Assembly: GCA_012295275.1 (NCBI GenBank)
Contig: CM022672.1
Span: forward strand, 23,808,001-23,872,000
Length of the DNA stretch: 64,000 nucleotides
Source of the DNA: Chrysomallon squamiferum
Taxonomy: Eukaryota; Animalia; Mollusca
Reading direction: 5' to 3'
Below, piece by piece: positions 1-46,700 of this stretch. The position numbers were made by a program, and so were the translations under genes. How positions within the stretch are numbered: the first letter of the stretch is position 1; each line of letters opens with the position of its first letter. A model generated the notes under the pieces. It saw only the letters and a program-made list of their open reading frames with translations. It was not told the origin of the DNA and ran no database searches.

Positions 1-939
1 TCTATAATGCTTTTTTATTATGAAAGAATAAAAGCAAAAGCTTTGCGTATCCGCTACTAGAGCTAATGTTACTTATTACCTTCAAGGCATGTTTTTATAT
101 CACATTTTTTTCCGTTGACGAAATCACTGGCTAACTATTTATGAAGGTTGCAGCGCAAGGAGAATTTATCGCCGGTCATCGCTCTAACTACTAAATTAGA
201 TCTAACTCCCCACGGTTCCTGGTTCAGAATATAGGTTCCGTGATGAATACATTATTATACACACGTCATTATATAGTCCTCATGGATACTGAAGTAAAAC
301 TATATGAAAATACAGTATTAGAAGCAATATTAGTAGTCGTAGTAGTGACAGTAACGTAAGTCCTACTACTAATAATAGTAGTAGTAGTGGTATAAACATT
401 AGTAGTACAGAGAGTATTAGAATTACTGTTAGTGGTAACAGTAGCAGAAAAAGTGTTATTATAGTAGTAATATAGCACATTAGTAGTAGTAGCAGACATA
501 TATAACAGTTCAGCTTAGGTATTGTTTTTTTTTTTTTTTAGCTATTTTATGTCTATCGATTATTACAGTTTATGATATACGATGTATCAAGATTCTACGT
601 AAGCTTTGGAATCACTATTTTGTCAAATACATATGTGTTTGTGTGTGTTTAAAAATGTATTACAATTCTGTACAGTCCTCATTACCTGAAATTAACCTTA
701 ATATTAAGACTTCGTTTCTTTAGAGATATAACGTAATAATCATTAAAACCTCACTCCGAAGACAAAGAAAAGATACTTAAAACAATAGCAGACTTGAAAT
801 AACCATTAAGAGAGACAAACAAACAAATAAACCACAAATATCCTATTCGTGGTGGAATAAATTGAAAAAAGATTCGTGAATAAGGAAATAAACATATTTT
901 TCTTTGCTTATTTTAAAAAATTCATGATGTTCAACAGGT

Positions 940-1480
940 TTGTTCATATTCACACTGTTATAAAATTCCCCGGTTGTGTATCCCCATCTGTAAACTGTTT
1001 CTCCTCAATGTGTCCGCCATCATGCGACCTTGGAGTCAATTAAGTCGACGAATGCAAACAATCACCATTATCTCTCATAGTTTGATTGGTGTCTCAAGAG
1101 CTTATTACTAAAATGGTGTCCGCAATTTGCGTTTTACAGGGACAACATTATGTCCGGTCATCTTTAAAGCACACAATCATGCTAAACAATTCTGCAATTG
1201 TTAAGAACCGTGCAATTTCCAATTGTCCGTCCGTCTGACAGTTAATGGATCAGGATCCATGTAACAAGAAACCAATTTCCGTCAGTGAGGGAATAATCAG
1301 TCATTTTCAGTCATGTTTACCATTTGTTTTTGCCAGTAATCTGTGAATGATATTCGTAAGGAACCTCCCTCTGACCTCGTTGTGCACCCCGGGGCATTTA
1401 AATCAGTTGTTATGAATGTATATCTACGTGTTTTTGCAGCCTTCTGTGATTGTAGTATTATAGACATAATGCATGTACTA
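940..1480 (-). mobile_element. Possible decayed Tc1/mariner-type transposase relic
   Basis: Locally higher GC. The minus strand near 1000-1060 reads ...RRLN...DGGHIEEK across a frameshift, resembling the GGHIE/GGHFE C-terminus of mariner-like transposases. Heavily disrupted and no TIRs found. Confidence 0.3.
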
Positions 1481-1756
1481 ACAACAAAGATGTCAGCTAT
1501 GTCAATGTAATGTTTGAAACAAAATAAGAATTACAGTTAGAAAAATAAAATTCTAAAAATAATAATAATAAGAGTTATTACTGTCAAACAGTAATGAAAG
1601 TTTTAATGGCATTCAGCCATTCCATCCGCAATATTATTACGATAAAATGCACGAAACAGCAAATATAAAAACAAAAAGTGCAAAAACATTTAACAGTTTA
1701 TTTGGTTTTGAGAAAAACACTTCACAGTGTGGACTAGACAAACTTATTACCAGATT

Positions 1757-1802
<46 letters not shown>

Positions 1803-3273
1803 AATAAAGTAATCTATAACTTATTATGAATTAAACCTTAATATAACTATTTAAATTTTATATATATATATATATATATGTTAATATTATATATTCATAC
1901 ATCACGAGCCTATTTTTCTTCAGAACAGTTTCAGTGTTGAAGATTAAACGATATATTATCTACTTATTACAACTGTTTTCTTATAGCACAGAGTAATAAA
2001 CAATTTGTGTTAATAAAACAAGTCAGATTAATTAATTAATTAAAAAAATAAAAAAAAAAAAAAAATAGTTTCCGTTTAAAATTTTAAATTATAAAACGTG
2101 AAGAAAATAATTTAAAAACATAAGAAAATAATTCAAAACATTACTTACAAATAAAAAAATACCAATAATAATCAATCTAACCAAAATCGAAACATTTGAA
2201 GTGTTTTTTTTTGTTTGTTTGTTTTTTGTTTTATTATTTTTCAATATATATATATTTTTTAATTTTATATAATAATAATAATAATGTAGGTTTTGATATA
2301 TAAATTGTAAATTTCAATTTTATATAAGCATAGACACATCTATCCAGAGATAAACACAATCTGACCGCTAGTTATTATATTAACTCTGTTATCAACTCAT
2401 CAAAGCCATCTCCTGACACACACAAATACATATAGAGACATGCACACAAATTAAGCTGTCAATATTACAAGTAAAAAATAGACTTGAAAATCAGAAAACC
2501 CCCCACCTAATTATGAAAATCTACAGCTTAATTATACCTGAATCCACAAGAACATAAAAATAATAATAATAACAGTAATAAAATATATAAACATAAAAAC
2601 AGTGTCCCGATTAAAGGCGTAGTAGTAGTAGTGGTAGTAGCAGTAGTAGTAATAACAACAACAGCAACAACAGTAAACAGTAATAATAATGTCTCGTAAC
2701 CATGTAAATAATGTAGATAACATTCAAGCAAATAATATAAATAACATCATAAGCATTCAAAATTATTTACATAAGTATAATATATATATAATTCATTATA
2801 TAGCGATAAAGATATAAGTACCTAAATTAGAAAAGTCATCCCAACATTGTCAATAATAAAGAAGATATTCAGATATGTTTATTATGATGTTTTTCTAGTA
2901 AAGCAACAAATTTGTCGTCTTAGAAAGTCTTCATTTCAAATTAAGAAACGACGTCACGAAGGAAAGGAAAATGACATCTTTTCGGGTTAATAACAAACTG
3001 TCATACATTATTATCAGAAAAGTTTTGTTGTCACTGGAAGTTCCGAGGCACGTATCAACAAAATAATAATAATAATATTAATAAAAACAAAAGGTTATCA
3101 AAACAAATAAGTGTAATTTTTACGTTGCTATATCGAAAGTTGCAAAATTTATCCTGTTAAACCCAAACCGTTGAAAAAGAAAAAAAAAAAAAAAAAAAAA
3201 AAAAAAAGGTGGTACCTTTCGTTCAAATAAATAGATCTGAAGCTACATATTAAACACTGAAGGTAAATGCATT

Positions 3274-34985
<31,712 letters not shown>

Positions 34986-35261
34986 GCTGCCGAATCTATG
35001 AACAAAAATATTTTTTCATACAATCACAAGTTTATATTTCTGTATAACTGTAAAGTGTTCAGTTTAAACTAGCAAAGACATTATGCACTGAACACAGTGG
35101 CATGTTTTACGAGACTGCTATCACTAAACCAGCTGCTGCAAATAATTAATACGACAGTAAACTAATGAGAGGCAGCGAGAAAGAACAAACTAGTATATCA
35201 CGATGGCTTTAATATGACTCATTCACCTGTACTTGTGCGTACGTTTTGGTTGCGTATCCAC

Positions 35262-35329
<68 letters not shown>

Positions 35330-35373
35330 ATAACTTATACTCGTACACATACATACATACATACATACATACA

Positions 35374-35409
<36 letters not shown>

Positions 35410-35699
35410 TATACATAGACACAAATATATACAACTATACGTACGCAGATATATACATACATATATGTCTATATCTTTATGTGTGTACGGAGTTTGCGTA
35501 CCTGAGCATATATGGGTGAGTTTGAATGTACATGCACTATTTCCTTTGATTGCCTATACACACACGTTTTATAGGCATTCCAAATAAATAGTAGTGCATA
35601 GCGTATCTGATAGGTAAATTTTATAAACAGTCTCCTATAATTCTTTCTGAACATACTTGATTTAAGCAAATCTTCTTTTTAAACATTTTTTTTTTTTTT

Positions 35700-35876
35700 T
35701 TTAATTTGTACAAGTTCTTAATACAGCATTTTAATCGATTCGCCACGACACCAGTTGATTCTGAAATGTGGTAGAGCAGATAATCAGTGTTTTGTATAAT
35801 ATATATGTGCTTGATTTAAAACAAAATGAACATCTATAATCATACTGAATATTTTTGATTTGAATACATTTTTTAT

Positions 35877-35911
<35 letters not shown>

Positions 35912-36080
35912 TTATTGTTTGTTTTTCTTACATTTTCACAAGCCTTTAATACAGCATATCGATGGATTCGCCAAGAGACTAACTGATTCTGAAATAAGAC
36001 TGCAGATTATCAAGGTTCTGCTAGATATATCTGTTTGATTAAATGTATTAATTAATACTTTAGAACAGATACATTTTATT
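35700..36080. repeat. Diverged tandem duplication, unit ~230 bp
   Basis: The pattern caag..ttaatacagcat....gattcgcca.ga....tgattctgaaat...gcagat.atca occurs at ~35711 and ~35938. Confidence 0.75.
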
Positions 36081-37039
36081 TACCAACTGTAAACTGCAGA
36101 GATAATTCCACAACTGTATGGGTTTGGTGTGCAACAGTATAGATTTGTTAGTTATATTAACTACAGCTGTTAATGAAAATTATTTACATATTCACGGTGA
36201 ATAAACTGTTAACAATACAATGACTGTAACACCTCACCAGCTAATGTTTCCAGGCAAATAAGCTTAGGTCTTTGATTAGCTCTGTATATGTGAATGTTTG
36301 TGTGTGTGTGTGTGTGTGTTTTGTGCGTGTGTTTCGTTAAATAAAAAAAACATAACAATACACAAACACTCACACATGCATGTAATAATACGTACAAAAT
36401 GAAAGAAATCCTTACCCTTGATACAGAGGCTAAAAAAATCAGAAATATTCCGCCTAAGGTAGCATCTGTATTCTTATTTAAAAAAAAGTTGTAGTTTTTT
36501 CAGTACAATTTCTCTTTGTTCCCAAAGATGAAACATGAGAAGTATATATCTAGGTGTGCATACATTCTTTATTATTTGTTTTAAATATATTTTCAATAGT
36601 ACTCACTAATAATATAGATTGTGCTATTTATATCAAAGAGTCATACATCAGGATGTTATTTCTGCCACAACAAGATAAAATACCAACAACAGCAACAAAA
36701 GCAACCCACACTCAGACACACACAAACAAATAAATAAAGATAGAAACTGCGAATTATACAATAAACAATACTGAAAATTAGATCATTATTATAGTGAACT
36801 GGAAGTGACATGTTAGGATTATTATATTCATGACACATACACACACGCACAAGCACATGCACATCACTATAATAATTTTAGAACATCTGTTTAATTCGTG
36901 AAGTATATATTCAAACCATTAGTTCATACCACTTAATGAGATATAGCTTTGAAAGAAACGTATTGTAAAGTGTCTAGCATTTTTATATTATCGCTTTAAA
37001 ACAGCGAACTGCAGCATTATTTTGTAAAATTGTATAAAT

Positions 37040-37774
37040 CAAGGGTGTCAAACCCAAGCCTTGCCTAGGGCAGCATAAGGAAATTTGAGAACGAAAAAAC
37101 AAAAAGCGTGTTATAATCGTTTTATATTTATTGCATCTGCACTATGCTTAATCTATAATATAGATGTGCATACAAATGCTTTAGCAATTTAGCAGCATTC
37201 ACGAATACAAAGTAATGAAGTAGTTTGACAAAAAAAAAAAGATGATTTTAAACGGCAACATATACTTGCAGTTTGCAACAGCAACAAATACATTGTACAA
37301 AACTTACAACAGTTCAAAACTTAACATTTATTTGCTACTATTCAATCATTTTGTTGTTTTGTAGTGAGACTAGATACCTCTTCTTGTTGACAGTTTTTGG
37401 TATGTCTGGTTGAAATGTCTGTGCAGTAAAAATACTGTAATTCTCTCTTTTTTTTTGTTGAATACTCACCCTTCTTCGTTCAATTTTCTTTTCTTTTCCT
37501 TCCTTAGCAGAAGGAGGAGCATTTGCCATTTTTAAAGCAAACACTTTTAAAATTTTAAAAGAAAAAGTTTTCTGTTTACAAATGTTAATGAGCTGCGCGT
37601 GATTCGTCAGAAGTTAAAAAAAAACGTAGTTGACAAAAGTCGTACAAAAAAATTGAAACGATTTTTAAAAATATTTATTTTTCGAAGCTAAAACGTGCTC
37701 GCGGTGAGGAAATTTTTGTACGGCCCGTGGGCCGCAGTTTCATATGTAAAAGGGCCGCATGTTTGACCTGCCTG
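37040..37774 (-). mobile_element. Non-autonomous hAT (Charlie/SPIN-like) DNA transposon, internal deletion derivative
   Basis: Imperfect TIRs CAAGGGTGTCAAAC (37040) and GTTTGACCTGCCTG (37761-37774). 8-bp TSD GTATAAAT/GTATAAAC. GGGCCGCA subterminal motifs. Minus ORF 37338-37544 contains SIFTAQTFQPDIPKTVNKKRYLVS, like the C-terminus of Charlie/SPIN transposases. Confidence 0.85.
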
Positions 37775-38015
37775 GTATAAACCATGAAAAAGGTTGTTAG
37801 TTCTAGAAATAATCAGATGATGTTTACGGGAGTATAATGTTAGTATATCTATTAAATATGATATTATTGCGGCTTTCATAATTTTTGATAATTGTTGTTA
37901 ATATTAACATTCAGTACAAAAAAATCTTGAGGGAAAAGAAAAGTATTTTTTTATTTTATTTGTTTTGGGGAGGGGACGTTTGATAACTTCTTTGTTTTGT
38001 TTATTATTATCATTT

Positions 38016-38063
<48 letters not shown>

Positions 38064-38211
38064 ATGAGTGAGACAATTCAGATGACATGTCCTTCCTTAT
38101 TTTGTTTAATTTTCTATTTATATAATTTAATTAATCATGTGTATTATAAACATATATATAGACACATATATAATTAAAAAATATATATGTGTGTGTGTAT
38201 GAGTGTATGTC

Positions 38212-38300
<89 letters not shown>

Positions 38301-39397
38301 AAACGCAACTACCTGTCAGGCTGTATTCAGTGTTCACCATTTTAAAGATTAAAATTACTGATATGCGTGCAAGAGAAAGGTGCATTCGGTTTCAAAAGGA
38401 ATTTTGGTGATAACTGTACCAGTATTTCGATAAAACACTAGTACTGGTGAGAAAGCCTCTGAATATTTCTAAACACAATAATGAAGTCTTAACAATACCT
38501 GAATTTGAGTATTCGTGACTGCTTCCCGATCTGAGATATATTATTTCATTGTGTAGAAATACAGCACAAACTAAACTGGACAAGCAAGTGCTTCCTAATA
38601 AAATCAACTTTTCAATGCAGTTTCCAGTACGTAAAAGCATTCATTCATAAACTGAAACTAATAACAGGTGAAGCTGTCATAGATTCTGTTGTTCATTTTG
38701 CATAATCATATTGATTACGAATTGTGCTTACATTACATTTAATATGTGTGCACTGGCATGAAATACTGCGCCTAGTATTGATTCAGTTAAAAATGGTTTT
38801 CATTACAGCCGAAATGGCTTTTTTTTTCTTCTTTTTTTTTAAAAAAAAAAGACGGAAGAAAATAATAATAATAATAATAATAACAACAACAAAATTAAAG
38901 ATTTGTAATGAGGTGTTTGTAATCATTACGATTCTTTAGATGTTATTTATGTTATAAAGAATAGAATCGAAATGCATTATAACATTTGTTTATAAACACA
39001 TTTCATAGCTAACAATATATCAATCTGCTTTCTTCGTGTCAAATAATTTGGTGTTATTTGGCATTAATCTATGGAGTCATTCAATTTTATCATTTTATTA
39101 GACATAACTGTGAAGTTGCAGATACTAACTAAAGCTTATAATATATATATATATATATATACTCTCACACAAGCAGACACAATAACTATACTGTCATCGG
39201 TCAGAAATTTCATGTAAAATAATTTTTTAAATATTTCAGATCCATTCAACTGATATGATCCTTCGTTTGTATACCTTGATTAAACCCGACATCTGAATCT
39301 TTTGTGCAAATATATTCTATAACGACATATTATTTTTAGTGGAATAAAAACTACGTAGTATTGAGAGTAATTATTAAAAATTGAATAATAATAATGG

Positions 39398-39432
<35 letters not shown>

Positions 39433-40727
39433 CAGATATTTAAAATAAAAAATTAAATAAAAATATTTATGGATAAATAAATAAATAATGGTGATAGCAA
39501 TAGGACAGCATTAATAGCAGAATATATTCTTCTTGTAGAGATAATGAAAGTAGCTGTAACTGAAGTAATTACATTCATAACAGTAGCATACACATCTATT
39601 CATATTTATTGGGGGTTTTTGTAGGGGATTGGTTGTTGTTTATTTTGATTTTATTTATTGAAATTTATTAATTATTTTTAATTAATAGAGCTCATTTTCT
39701 TTAAATCTGACAGTAAAAAAAAATTAATTAAAAAATAAAGTGAATAATACAATAACAAAGCACGCTTTTTCGTAAAACAAAGTTCACAACAGAACAGTCC
39801 AGTTGATTATTTATTTATCTTGATAACAGAAATTTGTGCTTCGAAATTTTAATTTTTGGGACAAATCATATGAAAAAAAAACATTATTTCTTCTTTCACA
39901 GGCACACTTTTATTTTATTTTAATATACTTGTCATTATACTGTCAGTGACACATAACAGAATTTATGTATATCATTGAAAATTTGTTAGACTTTAACACA
40001 GGTTTAATAGGTGAGATTTCATTAAAACAAATTTAAACTCATGTAACAATAAATAACCATAGCAACAAACAACAAAACAAAACAAAAAACATGTTTGGCA
40101 GTTGTATTCAATAACTGATTGATTGTTTAGTTACACAATACAAGAAAACAATGAACACAAATAAATTAATATACATCTGGTAATATACATTTCTTTCTAA
40201 TTTCAATGTATCACTACACATTGCACATTATAAATTGATTTCATTTGAAATCCTTTATACAGGTATAAAATTGGTTTCAAGTAATGGTGAGTTTTCTTTT
40301 CTTTAAGATTTCTTGAAAATATTAGAAAAAGGAGAGGAAGCCATCACCAAAATAGGTTCTTTTTTGGGGTGTATATGCATGTTTCCTTTCATTTGCTCAT
40401 TCAGAGGTAAAGTGTAATAGTTATTATCTTTAAGCAAATGGAACTACATCAAATCTTTAAGAAAAAAAAAGAGTTAAAATAAGCACTTTTCGTGAAGGGG
40501 TAAAGTTAGAAATTAAATCTGCAATTTATATCACAATTGCTAATAAATCGTATGACATATATTCAAATGTTTTTATAGGCTTTTTTCCACTCTTATGACT
40601 CACATTAAAAATTTTTATTTTATTATCTAATACTGTTTCAGCAATAGCTATATTAATAACACCCAGGCCCATATATTTTATAACATTAAATTGGATTAAA
40701 AGATTTTTCATCTTCTTTTTTTTTATT

Positions 40728-43700
40728 TCAGAAATCTTCAGTTCCCCAGTCAAGATCATCTCCCCAACCAGATGTATCATCCTGGAAAAAAAAAAAAAAA
40801 ATTAAAAAATTAAAAAAATTAAAATTAAAAAATTAAAAGATGACTCAAATATATTTTAAAAAAAGAGAAAAATCAGACACATATACAACACACTCAAACA
40901 CATACAAAGTTTAACTCCACCCTATTCACATTCAACTCAAAATAAAAAGGAAACAAAAGATAACTTGAATTTCTATTATTAAAAAAGATGATAAAAATTT
41001 ATTTTTATTCATCCATGTTAAGCTGTGGACTAGCAAAATGTCATCTGCTATTAAACACACTGCAATAATACTTACTGCAGATTCTGGAACACTGAGCACT
41101 TCAAATGAAATACCCTGTTTACGACAAGATTTGTCTGCAGCATTTTCACTTTCTTTTAACTTGCAAGTTTCTCTGACAATTAATGTGAGTGGGTCAACAG
41201 CTGTCACTTTTATTTCTGGTGCCATATCAGAGAAGAAATCCAGCTCGCGTGTTGTTTTTGCTTTGATTTCTATGCTCTTTACATCAAATTCAGAACCAAG
41301 GGAGACATTTGGATTTGTTGCTGGGTGAATCCCTGGGACAGATTTGACAGTTTCTACAGCACTATGAGAAGATGACTTGAACTGAGTGTTATTGTCGAAG
41401 GTTTGAGATTCATTGTTCCATGAATGACTCCATTCTGCTGATCTGTCAACTTCAGGTGGGTTGTGATCGACAAAATGGACCCTCTGCTGTTTTGGTTTCC
41501 CACCCAGCTTCAGTGCACTCTTTAGTTTAGATCCTGAATGTGTCTGTTTTCTGTCAGAAGTGTGAAATTCGGGACAGACTTTGGATGAATCTTTGGATGT
41601 TATTGTACATGGCATGTTTTGCAGTTCTTTCTCTATTTCATCACTAAAATGAATATCATCATCACAGGACAACTCATTAATTCCCTTTTCTCCTTCCCAA
41701 GTATCCCATTCAGACTCATTATCTTCCTCAATCACACTGGAATGTTCTTTTAAAACAACAATTTCTTCTGTTTCAGAAATCTGGTCCAGTAAATTACATG
41801 AAACCTTTTCAGTAATTTTGGATTTTTCTGAACCTACAAGAAAATAAAAATGTAAGTAAATAAAAAGAATCAGTGAATAATAATTAAATATATCTTCCTT
41901 GATTTAAAAAAAAAACATAATTTTTTTTTTTTTTGTATTATTCTTTATCAAAAGAATCATAAACACAAAATTAACATTAATAATAGTTAGTTTCAAAAAA
42001 TCTTCAAAACAGTAAAAACATGAATAATTTATTATATACTGATAAAAAAAAACTCAACAAGTCATCCCTGACAAGAACACAATCATGAAGATATGACAAA
42101 TATTCACTGTTAGATTTTTTGATTACGAAGCTTTTGCAACTAACTTTTTATAAGTCTCTCTCTATGCTGTATCTTTCGTTCTTCTCTCTTTCTTCTAGCC
42201 TCATCTCTTCTCATTTCTTTTTCTTTCCTTTTATTTTGATTTCCATCACCAGCAGTAATTTCTCCATTGCTGAAAATTAATGATAAAATAAAATAAAATA
42301 AAATAAAGTAAAATAAATAAATAGAATAGAAAAACAACAAATATATAAACAAATAGAATGTAAAAAAACAACAAAAGGAAATACAAAAAGTACACATCCA
42401 GGTTCACTGCCCGTTCCAACCAGTGCCCTTTGAAAATAATTCATCACTCAATTAATGTGAGTAATCTCCCTTTGAAATAATCTCCCATAATATGTGTCTG
42501 CTTGATGTTTAATGAACTTGTATAAACCTGTTATATGTTAGAAGTCAGATCAGCTCAATTCTTCATATCATTTCATTGCAAACATATTATATGGCTACTT
42601 TGTTCAGCTGCTTTAACAGGTTAGAAATAAATATCTTATATTATTAAAGTGAAAAACATGCATTCACATACTTTCCATCCATATTATAATTACATGTTAC
42701 ATAATATTAACCTATTTACAACAACACTAAACAAATAATGAACTGATTTACTTGTTACATTTTATAAATTATTTTCCTTTTATTTAACATACTGACAAAG
42801 ATAATTACTGAAATTTAAAAGATTACCTCAATGCAGCTAAATCTTTCAAAAGTGTCTTCTTACCAATAACACCAGAAATGGATTTATCGAAGCCATCACC
42901 AGCACTCCCAAACTAATATAAATTAAATCAGTAAAAGTAAAGTAGTGTATGTCAGAAATATTACACACATTAAATCATATAACTCAAATATGTTAATTCA
43001 AATAAATTAAAAGATTTATTAAATGTATTTATATTGAACTATACAGTTATTATATCGTGCATATTCGTACTTAATTCATCAAAAAAGAAATGACTTTCTG
43101 TTCTGAATAAAATGAAAAGTAGTGTTGACAATTTCACTTCTTTTAATAAGAGGTTTCAAAAAGAGTATACATGAAACTTTAACATATATATTATTAGTTT
43201 TTCTTCTCTGTATAAAACATGTTTAAAAATATTTCGTCTATAAATGTTTTAATTGTTCTGGTGGTTTTAAAAATTTAGACTGATTGTTGTTTAATGTTTT
43301 TCTAATGAAACCAAAGCTACCTTTGGCAGGCCTTCAGTGAAAAACTTCTTTCTTTTCCCACCCATGATAACATCAGCACCAAGCAATGGAACAAGTTCTG
43401 CCAGGGCATGTAAGCTGGCTGCTACTAGTCTGTCATTGGTATCTCTCAACCCTAGTAACAACTACAATCAACAACAAGAGTAATATTCATAATATTCTCA
43501 AATCATAACTGAAAACTTGGCACAAATGCATTAACCTACCTATCATATGTACTTGGAAGAAAACCAAAGTTTTTTTTTTTTTCTGTATTTATATGCATTT
43601 TTTTAAAGCAATGTAGAGAAATATAAATAAATATATAAATAAATAAATAAAAATAAATACACACACGCTACCTGTGAATAGTCTAGGTAGAATAAATCAT

Positions 43701-46700
43701 TATTTATAGTTAAAATATTTAAATTAGTAAAATCAGTCCAGCTTTACTTCAAACACTGCAATCTTTGGTAACATAAAATGTTATTTCCCACTGCAACACA
43801 ACAATGTACTACATAAAAGACAAACACATTATATATATGGTTAGGAATATTGTAATTTTAAAATACAGAGAAAATTTGTTAAATGAAGAAGTACCTGAAT
43901 TACAATGGTATCCTCTAAGATTTCTCTTTCAAACAGATCTACATACGATGAAAACTGTGACAGAAGAACAAGTCGAATATGAACTTCACGAATGTGAAAA
44001 ATTCTGTAAAGTTCAGGTATTACATATGATTTGAACAACGATGCACAAAGAATTGGTTGTTTCTGTCCTTTGCTACAACTAGGTCTCCTGTTACCTGAAA
44101 TATCAATTATTATTATTAGTGGAAAAATATTTGTTCTCACAATTGCATTTCCTCTGATAAAATGTTATCACCTACAGATATTAAATATAAATAAAATATT
44201 TTAATTTATTTACTACTTTCCTTTGAGAAACAAATAATCAAATATAAATCTAAAATGTGTTGCTTTTTGGGGGTTTTCTAGCTTGTTACTTTTATGCATT
44301 GATGAAACAAACATCAGATTAAATGCAGCTATTTAACTAAACTGCACTGTTTAGAGTTTTAAAATATTGATATTCTATCAATGTGCCAAGAAAATTGTAG
44401 TAAATTTTATTATTTCTTTGTTATTGAAGATTTATTGAACACAATTTCAATAAAACTTTGGAAAAACTTGATTAGTTGACTACCTACATTAAATAGTGAC
44501 AATAAATACATGATAAATACCTCAAATTCAATTAAGATGCATTAAATATGCTTTAATACATACAATGACCATACAAGGCAGCTGCTCTACTTAGCATGAA
44601 TGATGGGGATTTTATTTGTCTTAAATATTTCAAAATGAAAAGAGAAGTATAATTTTTCTTAAAAATTAAAAAATTTTTTAAGCTGAAATCTGTCAGACAC
44701 TCCTAAAAACAAAAGAACTTCTGAAAGACATGATAAATTGAAACATAATCTTGACCCATAATATACAGAGAAAAAACAAAAACATCTGACTGGATATACC
44801 TCTGTATGGAGTAAGGAGATTGGGGATCATGTATTTTTTTGCAGACTCATCCAGCACAACAAATCTAGACAGTAAAGGTACAACCAATCTTTTTGCCACA
44901 AGCTCTTCTGGAAGGCCTACTAGTTTCTGTGTCAGAGAACTGTATAAAATGCAAACAGTAAAATGTAACATTATGAAAATAACATAACTAGCTCATATTT
45001 ATCCTAAGGTTAGGTTTTATCAAAATGTTATACAAAAGAAAATATATACTTGCGTGCATGGACAAACATACAAAAAAAAAAAAATATATATATATAAACA
45101 AAACATCAAATATGGGTTACAAAGAAACATACAGAAAATGGAAAGCATGCAATGTAATAATTGCATTTTAATTGCATTGCTGTAAGTTAAAATAAATATT
45201 ATTTAGGTATAATGTTTGGATTTGTTCAACTGAGGACAACCTTGAATCACAAATAACAAGTAAAATATTCATTTTTGTATATAACATAGAAAAACCTGAA
45301 AAATGCCTTCTTTTCTTCAGAAGTTTTAGCAGGCACCATCTTCAAAAAATTCAAAATGTCCAAAAAATCATGCCTGAGGAAAACAAAAAATAATAGTAAT
45401 AAATATTGTTCATATGAAAAACTTTAGCTTATAATATTAAATAGGAAATGCCATTTGAAGTGTATTGTTAAACTTTATTACTAAAGCTTATATACAAATA
45501 AAACAAAGACGTCTGCAAAGAGAATTAGTCTATTTATATCACCATAATAAATTCTAATACAGAAAACAAAAACAAAAAAAATTAAAATACTTTTTTTTTT
45601 AAAGTTTACCATTCTAATTACTATTTTTTTCTTTTTTTTTCTTTTTTTGCCAGTAAAAAAATAAAAATGAATTTATCTTTATGTGTTTTTTTTCCACATT
45701 AAAAATCAATTTCAGCAAAAAAACAAGGAAAACAATAAAAAAAATTATTACCTGAACAATCTGTCATTTAACAATTCTATCAGCTTTGGTCTTTGTTTTG
45801 GGTCATCATTCAAACATTCATCAAGAATTCTTGGTTCAAATGTCTTTGTTGAGTCACCTAATACATTGGACAAAACAACTTTGGTAATTTCCAAAAATCC
45901 TGTTTCTTAAAATAAAATGCTGTGGTCCTAAATTTTAATTTCATGAATCTAAATTTATTAAATCCAAATTAATAGGAATCTAACCTTATTATGTTGTTAT
46001 GTTTTACATAAATAATATGTATTTTAATTTGTATCATAAAATTTCTAATATCAGTAAAATTTATGCAAGAAACAAAAATTAATAAACAGTATACCTAAAT
46101 CATTTAATTTTTCCAAAACTGAATCTGCTAAGACTCCAAATGCGTAAACATCTCTGACATGGCCAAACTCAATATTCCGCTCTATATTCCCCTCCTAAAA
46201 TATATTTATGTAATAATAATAATAATAATAATATTAATAAATGAATATATATCTAAAATTAAATACCAGGAAGGAAATTGGTATTCAGAAGCTGGATATG
46301 TAACACAATCCACCTGTATATCAGCAGTACATACAAATAAAATAATAACAATCATAATAATAATAAATAATAAATTTAAAATTAAATTTAATACAATAAT
46401 AATGAAGAAAATTATATTTTCTGAACAACAAATGATGAAATGTAAGAATACTTAGTTTTAATAATGATTATGTCTGTTAAAGGTTCAACACAGAATGTAC
46501 CAAAGCCCTTGATACAGTGCCCTCATTTAGTCTATAGATTTGTTATTTGTTAATGTTCAAGGGATTACCTTTAATTGAATAGGGAACCAATTAGCAATTT
46601 CATATCAGTGACATTACTGTGCAAATTTGAGTTTTCCAGCCACATAAATTTTCTCAGGGCAATAACTGAGAGTTGTCAGCCATGTTGTCTGATCATTTTG

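Noticed and set aside
78-240. Possible minus-strand exon ending in AAG|gtaat at ~80
   Set aside because: No convincing open frame or homology. It could be an untranslated exon of a gene outside the window but this cannot be supported.
269-499. Thr/Leu-rich ORFs, and similar poly-L, poly-T, RE/SL, HT/VC ORFs throughout the track
   Set aside because: They are translations of microsatellites and trinucleotide low-complexity DNA, with no splice context or homology.
38392-38640. 82-aa minus-strand ORF between SCYL3 and the IDE-like gene
   Set aside because: No recognisable motif. It may be UTR or intergenic sequence.
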